IMG/VR virus record: IMGVR_UViG_3300044618_001634
Location: 299 to 64,298 of that record
Source: a virus
Taxonomy: Duplodnaviria > Caudoviricetes
Length of the DNA stretch: 64,000 bases
Direction: 5' to 3' (one strand)
The position numbers and the translations under genes were made by a program. The number at the start of each line of letters is the position of its first letter. Position 1 is the first letter of the stretch. Below, one piece after another: positions 47,686 to 57,900 of this stretch. The notes under the pieces were generated by a model. It worked only from the letters and a program-made list of their open reading frames with translations, searched no databases and was not told the origin of the DNA.

Positions 47686-49386
47686 TTATGTACGTCCTAC
47701 TGCAATCTCAATAGTGCCAATTTCATCAGAATCGTAATCTTGTAAGGCCTTGCCTAAAATACAAGCTGGGCGATATTGACCCATGTCTAATACCTTAGCA
47801 ACACCGGGGTATTCGCTGGCAACCAAACAATCACCTTTGGTAATTTTTCCTACTACGTGACAAGGTACTCGCCCAGTTAACGCTACAGTAACTACGTACT
47901 CACCTTCTAAGCCAAAATTCATTTGATATGCTGGATTAGTAGATACTACACCAGCTACCCGACTACTATGACTTTGAGTGGTTATTGTTACATCATGTGT
48001 GCCGCCAAATTCAATCACGGTTCCGGGGCTGTAAGTGTTGTCACTTAAATAGCACTCGGCCAAGTCAGCATATCTAGCTTGTGTGCTTGTTCCAGAAAAT
48101 ATTGTAGTTGTTAATGTGTTTGTACTAGGATTATATGCAAGCCCAGGATTATCTAAATATGGAACTGCATTGACTCCTGCAGCAGAAACAAACACAGGGT
48201 AGTATGTGCTATTATCATCTGTATCTGTTGCGTTGATTGCTGTAGCTGGGCCACTTGCCCCAGTGAATCCAGTGGTTCCCTGGATACCTTGAATACCTGT
48301 GGCACCAATTGGTCCGGTAACGCCGGTAGCGCCTGCTCCGGTTGCTCCAGTTAGGCCAGTGGTTCCTTGTGGACCTGTGGCTCCACGCAGTCCAGTTGCT
48401 CCGCTGGCTCCAGTGGCTCCTGATCCGGTTGCTCCATCAAATCCAGTAGCTCCTTGAAAACCAGTGGCTCCTTGAACACCTGTTGCACCAGCACCAGTGG
48501 CTCCTTGAATTCCTTGAACACCAGTGGCGCCTGTGGCACCAATTGGTCCGGTACTACCGGTCAGTCCTATAGGACCGGTTGTTCCTTGTACGCCAGTTGC
48601 GCCAGTTGCTCCAGAGCCTGTTGCACCTTGGTCGCCTTGTGGTCCTATCTCGCCGGTGGCTCCTCTAAAACCAGTGGCACCACGTATGCCAGTTGCGCCC
48701 TGAAATCCGGTGGCGCCTTGTGGTCCTTGACTGCCAGTCGCTCCTGTGGCTCCAGATCCTGTGGCGCCTGTGAATCCTGTGGCTCCTTGTGGTCCTTGAA
48801 TACCAGTGGCACCTGTGGCACCAGCGCCGGTTGCGCCCTTTTGTCCGGTTGATCCTTGCAATCCACTTGCACCGGTTGAGCCCGTTTGTCCGGTTGCTCC
48901 TGTTGGGCCGGTGCTGCCGTTTACTCCAGTGGCTCCCTGTGGTCCTTGGATAACGCCGGCATCTACCCAAGTGGCTCCGTCATATACCCATAAGTGGCCG
49001 TCAGATTGATCAAGTACTCCGTCTCCAGCTACTGCACCTGGAAAATAATAATCAAGATATCCTTGCGGGTCATTGGGACCACCACCCGGATATGTTCCAT
49101 TTACGTCGGCTACACTACCTGTGATAACCACACTAGTGCCAGCGGGGCCAGTTGCTCCGTTTATACCAGCAGGGCCAGTTGCTCCGGTGTATCCTGTTGC
49201 ACCTGTGGTACCCACTACTGTTTGCCAATAACGTGTGCCATCAAGGTCACTAAATAAAACCTGTTGATTTTGTCCGGGTAATCCTAAATTGGGTTCTGCC
49301 TCACCAGGTGGTAACCAATCGTACCTATCAACAGATACGTCTGATGGTGGTATTGTTTTGACTTTTCCTGATAGATTATATGGCAT
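47686..49386 (-). CDS. Collagen-like fibre protein with a C-terminal chaperone/peptidase-like domain
   Basis: Long Gly-X-Y (GAT/GPQ) stretch; C-terminal YADLAE.Y...GVVSTNPA...VALTGRVPC...GKAL. Confidence 0.8.
   Translation of the reverse strand: MPYNLSGKVKTIPPSDVSVDRYDWLPPGEAEPNLGLPGQNQQVLFSDLDGTRYWQTVVGTTGATGYTGATGPAGINGATGPAGTSVVITGSVADVNGTYPGGGPNDPQGYLDYYFPGAVAGDGVLDQSDGHLWVYDGATWVDAGVIQGPQGATGVNGSTGPTGATGQTGSTGASGLQGSTGQKGATGAGATGATGIQGPQGATGFTGATGSGATGATGSQGPQGATGFQGATGIRGATGFRGATGEIGPQGDQGATGSGATGATGVQGTTGPIGLTGSTGPIGATGATGVQGIQGATGAGATGVQGATGFQGATGFDGATGSGATGASGATGLRGATGPQGTTGLTGATGAGATGVTGPIGATGIQGIQGTTGFTGASGPATAINATDTDDNSTYYPVFVSAAGVNAVPYLDNPGLAYNPSTNTLTTTIFSGTSTQARYADLAECYLSDNTYSPGTVIEFGGTHDVTITTQSHSSRVAGVVSTNPAYQMNFGLEGEYVVTVALTGRVPCHVVGKITKGDCLVASEYPGVAKVLDMGQYRPACILGKALQDYDSDEIGTIEIAVGRT
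48250..49210 (-). repeat. Collagen-type Gly-X-Y coding repeats
   Basis: Recurring GATG/GPQGATG units with degenerate 9-nt periodicity; boundaries approximate. Confidence 0.8.
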
Positions 49387-49387
49387 A

Positions 49388-49720
49388 TTAGTTCTTAGAT
49401 TCTAGAATACTTAATGTAATTTTTAACGCATTGTTTGTGCTGGCTACAACTGTAAGTCCGTACCCTGTTTCCAAAACTAATTTTCCAACCAATGCAGATG
49501 ACGCATCGTTTGGAGGTATTGCAAAATCTTTGATTAGTTCTGTTTCGGTGCTGTCTTCTGCCAACACACTCATTGTAGCTAGTACAGTTGAGCCAGTGAC
49601 GTTGGTAAGTTGCGCACTAAGCACAATAGCACTGTAAAGAGCCGGTGCTGTGTAAATTTCTGATACGGTTGTGCCAATATCAAATGTAACTGTTTTAAAT
49701 ATATTAAGTCCAAATGCCAT
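49388..49720 (-). CDS. Small structural protein
   Basis: 110 aa, beta-rich, in the fibre operon. Confidence 0.6.
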   Translation of the reverse strand: MAFGLNIFKTVTFDIGTTVSEIYTAPALYSAIVLSAQLTNVTGSTVLATMSVLAEDSTETELIKDFAIPPNDASSALVGKLVLETGYGLTVVASTNNALKITLSILESKN

Positions 49721-49721
49721 T

Positions 49722-51059
49722 TTATGGTCCCTCGATTGCTAAGATGTATGGTGTCATTACAGCAAAAAGACTTTTATCAAATGCCTCGCCGGTGATGGTG
49801 CCTTGCGGTCCGTTGATAGTTAATTGACTTCCTACACGGAAGTCGCCTCTTTGATCTGTGCTTGTAAAAATAATTTCGCCGCCGTTTTCTTGTACTATTT
49901 CGTTTGCTTGTATAGGTACACCGCCGTCTTGTGGCAAAGCATTACCAAGATTATTACCAGTGCCCACATATTCAAATGTGTGTGAACTTGTGGTGATTTG
50001 GCTACGTTGATAAAATACTGCTGGGGTGTTGTCAGGAATTGGTACCAGCGTGGTGTCTGGTAATTCTAATATCCAGGTCGATCCTGCCACTTGAACTACA
50101 TTGTATATGGTGTAAAGAGTAACGCCTGCATCAAAACTTACTGCGGTGTTAACCACTGGGTCTTGTGTGAGATTCTTAATTTGAATCAATGGTCCTTGCT
50201 GACTGGCACCGTCGCTGGTTCCAGTATACAATGGTCCACTCTTGCCATTGGCTCTGAGTGCATAGGTTCCAAACGAACTGTTAGAGTTTGTAACACTACA
50301 AGTGCCACCCGATTCTGTCAGAATACCATCTTGGCAACAAATTGTAAAAATACTGACCAACTGCGAATAGCCTTGATTTAAAATATGAATGCCAATGCCG
50401 CCTTGATTGATTTGTGTGTACGCGTCAAACACCATGCTTCGTAAGCCACTGGCCAAACTGCCATCTATTCGTGCACCAGCGCCTGTGGTAGTTATGCTTG
50501 AACAATTTTGTACATATGGACTAGTGGTAATTGGGCCAGCGCCGCCACTTGGATAAGCAACAGCAGCAGCTGGTTCGATGTGTCCTCTAAAGGTTATTCC
50601 ACTGATGTAACAACCATTGTTGACCCAAAAAATATCATCAGTTACGTTAGCGGGTCTTACACTAACTGATCTAAGATTGTCGCCAACAATTGTTACCCGT
50701 GGTGACAAGGTAATGGGATTGTTTTCTGTGTAGTCGCCGGACTTGACAAAAATTGTTACTCGATTGTTTGAACTAGCATCGGCTATAATATTGGCTTCTG
50801 ACACTGCGGATTCGATAGTTAACTTGGCGGTGCTAAGGCTCTTGCCGTCGTTGTCGTCGTTACCACTTTTGCTAACATACCAAACATAATCGGCTGTTTG
50901 ATCTCCAATGGCTGTGATGATGGCACCGGTACCAGGGTCAACTTTAAGAAACAATTTACCGTCGTGGGTGTTGACTGCAATTTCTCCATAGGCCAATTCG
51001 GTTGTAAGCGGAACTAAGTTAGCTACGTTGCTGTTTTTAGAAATGATAGTATTAGACAT
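49722..51059 (-). CDS. Tail fibre/spike-like protein with a probable beta-helix domain
   Basis: GEIAVNTHDGKLF N-terminal module; YVSKSGNDDNDG.S...AKLTI..A; VKSGDY.E.NP, GDNLR. Confidence 0.65.
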   Translation of the reverse strand: MSNTIISKNSNVANLVPLTTELAYGEIAVNTHDGKLFLKVDPGTGAIITAIGDQTADYVWYVSKSGNDDNDGKSLSTAKLTIESAVSEANIIADASSNNRVTIFVKSGDYTENNPITLSPRVTIVGDNLRSVSVRPANVTDDIFWVNNGCYISGITFRGHIEPAAAVAYPSGGAGPITTSPYVQNCSSITTTGAGARIDGSLASGLRSMVFDAYTQINQGGIGIHILNQGYSQLVSIFTICCQDGILTESGGTCSVTNSNSSFGTYALRANGKSGPLYTGTSDGASQQGPLIQIKNLTQDPVVNTAVSFDAGVTLYTIYNVVQVAGSTWILELPDTTLVPIPDNTPAVFYQRSQITTSSHTFEYVGTGNNLGNALPQDGGVPIQANEIVQENGGEIIFTSTDQRGDFRVGSQLTINGPQGTITGEAFDKSLFAVMTPYILAIEGP

Positions 51060-51067
51060 TTGACCTA

Positions 51068-51625
51068 TTATCCTGAATAGCTTCCGCCCTCGAGTACGCT
51101 GTTACCGTTTAAAACCGGTGACCCGTTGGCGTAAATGTTGTTGCCGTAAATGTTATTGCCAGTGATATTGCCGGAAACACTTAAATTGATTCCGTTGAAC
51201 GTGTTGGCCACAACAATATTAGCATAGATATTTCCAGTGGTTCCTATTCCGCCGGTTAATACCAATGCACCAGAGGTCCAATTAGTTGCAGCAGTGCTCA
51301 GGTTAATTTCAACAGTGGTAGTGCTGACACGCATTACGTTACTTTGAAAATCTACGCCAAATACAATGTTGCCATTGGGTGTGGGAATATCAACGTTAGA
51401 TGTTCCATTTTGAAGTTTTGATGCAGTTCCGGTGTTGGCAACTACATTGGTTAAAAATTGACCATCGCCTAGAAAAAAGTTAGCAATGGCTATGTTTGAC
51501 TGGACATTACCTAGCGCAATTAGATTGCCGCTGACAGTTACTTCTGATGTGTTTACATCAATAGTATCAGTTGGGTTCAGCGTTGTAATTACATAATCGC
51601 CGTCTATGCGTTTGTATGTGGTCAT
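51068..51625 (-). CDS. Short fibre-like structural protein
   Basis: GN-rich; shares FLGDGQFLTNV and NGTSNV modules with the 1195-aa fibre; late box plus RBS. Confidence 0.6.
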   Translation of the reverse strand: MTTYKRIDGDYVITTLNPTDTIDVNTSEVTVSGNLIALGNVQSNIAIANFFLGDGQFLTNVVANTGTASKLQNGTSNVDIPTPNGNIVFGVDFQSNVMRVSTTTVEINLSTAATNWTSGALVLTGGIGTTGNIYANIVVANTFNGINLSVSGNITGNNIYGNNIYANGSPVLNGNSVLEGGSYSG

Positions 51626-51722
51626 TTTAGTCCTCGTACGTTATTTAGCCCTAAAGTGCGACCGTGCTCGACTGCGTCAACTAAACAATTTTTGGCTAAA
51701 AAATTACAGCTAAATGGGTACA

Positions 51723-52310
51723 TTACAAATCCTTTTGAGTATTTATGCGGTCTAAAAACACCGACATGTCTATGTGTTGAAGATTTTGAATATTATCTAA
51801 CTCTGATATTCTAGACGTGGTTTTGCCACACACTCTGAAAAATTTAGTTGTAGGGAAATCTTGAGCAATTCTCCCAATTTGCTTGATCCAATTTCCAGTG
51901 AATGTTGGAAGACTGGTGCTGGTTTTGTAAAATTCTGTGTCGGCATATAGATTATTAAAACCGTTATTAAGGGTTGGCCCCATGTCAAATCCAATCATGT
52001 AAATTCGTCGATTCAAGTCTCTAGCTGCTAACGAGGTAGCAATTGGACCTGAACTATACCCATAATATTCAGATGGTACCTGTTGAGCACCGGTGTCGGG
52101 CAAGGGTCTACGAGTAAAAAATATATTTTTGTGTGCATATCCAGTTTCTTGAATATGTTGACTGATAGGACGGTCGGTTGCAACCAACACATCTGGGGTA
52201 AAATCCCTATACAAAGCATTACAGCCGTATATTTTGCCCAGCGTTCTTAACACCGGCAACGGTACGTGTTCTCGGCTAACGCCATTACCCAACACAAAAG
52301 CTATAGTCAT
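51723..52310 (-). CDS. Maf/GT42(Cst-II)-like putative glycosyltransferase
   Basis: Probable start MTIAFVLGNGVSR; YGCNALY, PD.LVATD, SSG..A, IYMIGFD. Confidence 0.5.
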   Translation of the reverse strand: MTIAFVLGNGVSREHVPLPVLRTLGKIYGCNALYRDFTPDVLVATDRPISQHIQETGYAHKNIFFTRRPLPDTGAQQVPSEYYGYSSGPIATSLAARDLNRRIYMIGFDMGPTLNNGFNNLYADTEFYKTSTSLPTFTGNWIKQIGRIAQDFPTTKFFRVCGKTTSRISELDNIQNLQHIDMSVFLDRINTQKDL

Positions 52311-52346
52311 AAAAAAATCCTCACAGTACTTAGCTGTGAGGATTTT
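52311..52346 (-). terminator. Intrinsic terminator of the 260-aa gene
   Basis: Stem AAAATCCTCACAG/CTGTGAGGATTTT, loop CTAAGTA, T7 tail directly abutting the next ATG. Confidence 0.75.
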
Positions 52347-52359
52347 GAGTTGATGCAAA

Positions 52360-53142
52360 TTACGATGAGTATTTTTCAACTTGTGCAAGATCAACACGGT
52401 TTTGTTGCGTGCCTGTGTTGGCTGCACCGCTTGTGCCACTCTTGACTTCATAACCTTCGTCGCTGAAGAAGTTGCCAGCATAACGAACGTTTTGTGTTAC
52501 CAGAGTTGGATTCCAGACATCGCCTGTGTTGGCATTGCCGCCGGTTTCGCCGCCGGTAAAGTCCAACAAGAACTTGTTGGTCAACTTGCTGATGGCTTGT
52601 TCCGTGGAATCTGTGGCTCCATAAAAGAAACTGATGCTCATGTCACCGGCTGGTGGTGTGAGATCACTGCTCAACACACATACACCAACTTCTTGAGCTG
52701 TGCCTGTCGTACCTGCACCAGCTGCTGCTGTGGCTGTAAAGATTGTGCCTACAATAGCACCAGCTGGAGCACCCATGGCTTGCCAGTTGGTGTCACCCAG
52801 TGTGGCAATACGCAAAGCAACGCCAACCACAGCATTTTCTGGGTCAATAGTGGCAACCGTAGCAACTAGGAATTTTCTAGCACCTTTCTGACGAATGATC
52901 ACACCCGGTGTTTGACCCTGTGAACTATTGGTGATGTTGACTTCGACCTTGACAATTGGATATGCTGCTGTGGCCACTGTGGGTGGTTGTACACCACCAA
53001 CCACACCAAGATAATTGTCTGTGTTGAATGCACCACCAACTGGCAGTGCTGGATTAGTCAATTGATCAAATGCGTTGAAGCCGATGTCTTTCCCGTTGCC
53101 GGTACCTTCGATGATTTTTTTAATTTTGAGAGGACGTCCCAT
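52360..53142 (-). CDS. Virion structural protein
   Basis: 260 aa, rich in G/A/T; TATAAATA promoter, AAGGAG RBS and its own terminator. Confidence 0.65.
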   Translation of the reverse strand: MGRPLKIKKIIEGTGNGKDIGFNAFDQLTNPALPVGGAFNTDNYLGVVGGVQPPTVATAAYPIVKVEVNITNSSQGQTPGVIIRQKGARKFLVATVATIDPENAVVGVALRIATLGDTNWQAMGAPAGAIVGTIFTATAAAGAGTTGTAQEVGVCVLSSDLTPPAGDMSISFFYGATDSTEQAISKLTNKFLLDFTGGETGGNANTGDVWNPTLVTQNVRYAGNFFSDEGYEVKSGTSGAANTGTQQNRVDLAQVEKYSS

Positions 53143-53288
53143 TTTGTTTTCTCCTTAAAGAAGCCCAATGTGGGTTCTAGCCCACTACGCAGGGGGTTAA
53201 AGCCTGCATAAAACGCCCGATTGCGTTGACAAGTATTTATATTAAATTGATAATTTTAACCTAGCACATCTATTACGTAAATACTGCC

Positions 53289-54437
53289 ATGAATGACAGC
53301 GAACTAGTAGCACTGGGCAATCACTGCCGAGAACAAAACAATTTTGATCAGGCGTTGGCTTGTTATGCACAGGCTTTTGTACACAATAGATTAAACAACC
53401 ATGCCTGGAACAACTATGGCAATGTGTTGCGTGAATTAGGTGATCCTGCGGGTGCTATTCCATTTTTACAGTATGGAATTCACTTGAGCCCAGGCGAATC
53501 AACTCCGCCATTTAATCTAGCAGTTGCTTATTTGTTAGCCGGTGACTATCAACGTGGTTGGCCCCAGTATGAAACCAGATGGAATTTTGAACATTTATCA
53601 GGAACACTACCCCAGTTTTCACAACCCAGATGGACCGGTCAAGATCTTGAAGGGAAAACAATTTTTGTGCTGAATGAGCAAGGACTGGGCGATAACATAC
53701 AATTTGTAAGATTTTTACCAGAGTTAATCAACAGAAAAGCCACGGTGATCCTTTCTGCAAACACACCACTGATTCCAGTTTTTAAAAATAGTTTGCCACA
53801 GATTGCGGTATTAGAATACGGACAAGTTCCAGATCAATTTGATTACTGGACTCCGATCATGAGTATTCCGGGTATCATAAACGTAACGCTAGATACATTA
53901 CCAAAAAATCTAAGTTACATCACTGCCAACAATGACAAAATTGAAAAATGGCGCAAAATACTAGGTCTTAAAAAACAATTGCGAGTGGGATTCTGTTACA
54001 GTGGTCGACAAGACAGTTGGATCAATCGTCACAAGGGCATGGACATTGATCAGATGTTGAGTCTGATACAACGCAATCCCAATTACGATTGGATCAACTT
54101 GCAAATTGATGCGTCAGACGAAGACATTGGTAAAATGACCTTAATGAAATGTCACGTTTACAATGATCAAATAACAGATTTTGCCGACACCGCCGGGCTC
54201 ATGCATCATTTGGATGTTGTCATAAGTGTTGATACTGCTGTGGCACACTTGGCTGGTGCTATGGGTAGACCCACGTGGATTCCGTTGAATGCATTTGGAA
54301 CTGACTGGCGTTGGTTGCTTGGTCGAGACGATAGTCCGTGGTATCCTAGTGCAAGATTATTTAGACAACCAACACCAGGCGATTGGACAAGTTGTTTTGA
54401 TAAAATTCATCAATACTTGAGTTGGTTTAAGATTTAA
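53289..54437 (+). CDS. TPR-repeat plus GT9-like glycosyltransferase
   Basis: N-terminal TPRs; YETRW, EQGLGDNIQFVRF, DFADTA, DVVISVDTAVAHLAGAMG, WRW, SPWYPS. Confidence 0.85.
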   Translation: MNDSELVALGNHCREQNNFDQALACYAQAFVHNRLNNHAWNNYGNVLRELGDPAGAIPFLQYGIHLSPGESTPPFNLAVAYLLAGDYQRGWPQYETRWNFEHLSGTLPQFSQPRWTGQDLEGKTIFVLNEQGLGDNIQFVRFLPELINRKATVILSANTPLIPVFKNSLPQIAVLEYGQVPDQFDYWTPIMSIPGIINVTLDTLPKNLSYITANNDKIEKWRKILGLKKQLRVGFCYSGRQDSWINRHKGMDIDQMLSLIQRNPNYDWINLQIDASDEDIGKMTLMKCHVYNDQITDFADTAGLMHHLDVVISVDTAVAHLAGAMGRPTWIPLNAFGTDWRWLLGRDDSPWYPSARLFRQPTPGDWTSCFDKIHQYLSWFKI

Positions 54438-54472
54438 TACCCAATAAAGAAAAACCCACAACAAAGTTTTTG

Positions 54473-54958
54473 TTATTTTAAATTGTGTAAAAGTTGTTGT
54501 TGCACTTTAATGTCATTGATTCCTAGGTGCACATGTTTTGCCCAAACAAAATTTGTCAACCAAGTTCCCATGTATAAATCATCTATTGCTGCCCACTGAG
54601 TGGTTTCAGGGTGTTGTTCTAGCCAAGCGGTTATTTCAGTTGCCCGTTGTTCATGATATGTAGTTGCTCCGGGTAACCATGCAGTATAATCAATAGGCAG
54701 TTTTTTAATGCCCTGTTTTTGATAAAATTCACACATGCCATTTAAGGTTGTATGCTGTTTCCAATCACTAGAAATTACTATTTCGGCTCCGGTTATTCCT
54801 ATAATATTATTTAATATATCAACTGCGTCTTTATCAAAATTGTCAAATACATTTATATCTTTGAGTTCGTCTCCTGCGGGTGTGCTCAATTCTGTTCTTG
54901 TAATTGCCTGCTTGCTCAAACAGAGAACACCATAATGATCTAAGAATAGTATTTTCAA
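54473..54958 (-). CDS. HAD-like protein (Swiss Army Knife RNA-repair type)
   Basis: FLDHYGVL, IVISSDWK, R..EI..WL, WAAIDD; TTG start. Confidence 0.7.
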   Translation of the reverse strand: MKILFLDHYGVLCLSKQAITRTELSTPAGDELKDINVFDNFDKDAVDILNNIIGITGAEIVISSDWKQHTTLNGMCEFYQKQGIKKLPIDYTAWLPGATTYHEQRATEITAWLEQHPETTQWAAIDDLYMGTWLTNFVWAKHVHLGINDIKVQQQLLHNLK

Positions 54959-57900
54959 ACAGTTAGCTCAGATGCAGCCAACACTTCGGTACTCAGTAGT
55001 CTGTTTACATACCATTCAACCGTTTTGATGTCTGTTGTTTGTTCTGCTAATCGCAGACCATGGAAGAATCTATCTGGAATATTTTCAAACTCTGCTCTTG
55101 TGCGTAATTTTCTGCCATCTTTGACAAACTTCATATCTGTTATAGGATAGATGTTGTTGAATCTGCATGATGTCAATACCGTGTCAGAAAACAGGTTCAT
55201 ATGGTAATCTGTGATAACATTGTAGTATTCAATGGTATCTACAATCACTTGCTTGTTGGTCAGGGTGATCTCTTGGCCGTGTTCGTTGACTGTGACCGTT
55301 CCGATAGGAGTTGCATCGGTCATTGGATAGGTAAATGCACCTGCCTGTTTGTTAAAGATACGATGCTGATCAAATGTGCGTAAAGTTGTGCCATCACTGA
55401 ATGTGAGTAGGTTATACTGAGATCCAGTTTCTCCCCGTTTGATCCACACAGCAGTGGTTTCTGCATAGCAACCACGATCAAAGTCCCAGCTCAACATCTT
55501 GTCAGTGTAGGTAATGTGTTCGATTGCTTTGCGTGTGCCATCGCTGAGTGCAATTTGAGTTCCGGCCAATAAGCAAATGCCCGAAGTTCCAGTGGCTGCA
55601 TTTGAATAGTATGTACCTGCATTACTGGTCACGTAAGCAAACACCGTAAACTGTGCGGAATTCAACCCAGTCGTAAAGGTTAATGATACTGTTCCTGGAA
55701 TGCTGCCCAAACTACCAGTCTTATACTTTTCACTTACTGTGCCGTCGGTGATGATCACACCATATTCGGTCACTGGAATAGCGTTGGCCACTGTTACATT
55801 GGCACCTCCTTGGCCGCCTCCAAACAAACCGGCTGGCCTGGCCGCAACCGTAATGGTTTGTACAGTAGGCAGGATTGTTTGGCCAGGAACCGATGCTGTA
55901 ACATCGGTGAGTTGACTGCCGTTACCTAAAATATAAGCACCTGTGATGTTGCCCACAGCACTGACGTTGCCAGGGGCCGTTAAATTACCATCTGCGCCAA
56001 AGTCCCATAGATTAGGACCAGGGCTACCATTGGTACCTACTGCTATTCTAACAATCTTTGATCCTGGAGTAGGGTTAGCATACACAGCCGCTATGTTGCT
56101 GGTGCTGGCGTTTGCGTAATCCTCCACCCAAAAACTTGATAAACCACCGTTGGCTCCAGTCGATAATGTGATCAAGCTATGATACTGCGATGCTATAACA
56201 GCCGAGTTGCCAAGGTAAGCATCAACGGGTGTGATGACCAAATTACCTGTGGGGAATGTTAAATTGCCACCAGTATCAAAGGTCCATTGTGCTGAGTTAC
56301 CCACAGCATCATTGCTGCCAATTTCGACGTTGCCGGTGTTGACCAGTTTTACATACTTGCCGTCATCGCCAAAGTATTGATCAAAATAAGCGTTGTTGCC
56401 AGTGTCAAGGTGTATGTGTGTGGCAACATCGCCACCACGCACTCGAATATATTGTAAATTGCCTACACTTTCAGTACCCGGAGCCAAATACAAGCCACTG
56501 CTGCCCTCTTGATCACCAGTGCCCACAACAGCTTGATCGTTAAAGGTCACATTTCCGGTGTTGGCACTGCCGCCACCAATTGATACCGGTGTACCGTTGG
56601 CATAATTGACAGCAAAGGTATTACCTGGCAAGGTCAAGTTGCCATCTGTGCCAAAGGTCCACTGTGCTGTGTTGCCTGTATCGTCGTTGCTGTTGACAAC
56701 AACATTACCGGTATTGGCCAACTTGACATACAAGTTGTCGTCGCCTAAGAATAACTCTGTGTTGTATAAGTTGCCTGTGGTCAAGTGCAAGTGATTGGCA
56801 TCATTGACTGTGGGATAAATCAACAACTCTTGATCAGCATTGGTTCCACCTGTTGGTTTTAAAGCAATGGCACTACCACTAAGTCCGCCGTCTGGAATGT
56901 TGGTTTCATAAACAACACCACCCATTGGCAAGTTGAGGTTACCAGACCCGTCAAAAGTCCAGGTACCACCGGCTTGAATCACAACATCACCTGCCAATGC
57001 GCTTGCATCAGCGGCACCCGAAGTTAGATAGATAGTGCCACCGGGATCACCGTTGCCTGTGCTATCACCGGCATTTATTATTACATCACCGCCCGAATTA
57101 CCTAGGTCAATATTACCATTGTTTGTACCGGCATCACCGGCACGAAGTGTAAGATCACCGCCGCTTTGTGCAGAGAAATTAGCACCTATTGCGTTACCAC
57201 CTTGGCCAGACTGTATAGTAACAAATCCACCTACTCCACCAAAGTCAACGTTGGCTGCTCCGCCGCGGCCACCTTCGATGATAACATCACCGCCACTAGA
57301 ATCGCTGTCTTCTGCGGAATCACCGGCAAAAATATTGATGTCGCCACCTTCTGATGTAGATCCTGCACTGCGATCACGAGCCTGTAACAAGATGTCATCG
57401 GCTGAGTAGAGTTCGATGTCTGCGCCGTTGCCCGAAGCACGGTTGTCTATGGCCACAGTAGCGGCACCAATAATACTGCCCGGAATTGCTAAATTACCGT
57501 CTGAGCCAAAGTTCCAATCTTTATTTGCTCCGATAGAATTAGCACGAAGTGTTACATTTGTATTGGCATACAAGAGATTAACGCCGTCGGCGTTGAGATA
57601 CATGCCCGAAGCATTATTATCTGTTTCTATTGTGATCTGACCATATGAAGTTATTCGGCTACTTCCTGCTGGTAATGTTAATGTGCTATCTGTGCCAAAT
57701 GTCCAAGTAGATGCGGCATTGGCTGTTATGGTCGCATTGCCATTGGCAGTGGCTATGTTGACATTTGAAGTGCCATTGGCAATACTTGATTGAATACCGC
57801 TACTGATACCAGTCAGTTGTGAACCATTACCAATGAAATAATTGCCAGTAACGTTGCCTGTGGCACTGACCAATCCAGTAGTAGTAATGTTGCCGCCTGC

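Noticed and set aside
48250-49210. CRISPR-like or non-coding repeat array
   Set aside because: The repeats are degenerate codon-level Gly-X-Y units inside an ORF, with no constant repeat and unique spacers.
51622-51723. 33-codon ORF (MYPFSCNF...) between two late genes
   Set aside because: It has no RBS or recognisable features, and the interval already holds the late box and RBS of the next gene.
54955-55575. Canonical protein-splicing intein
   Set aside because: There is no terminal HN/HQ followed by C/S/T and no endonuclease domain; the Hint fold ends in SC near the protein C-terminus.
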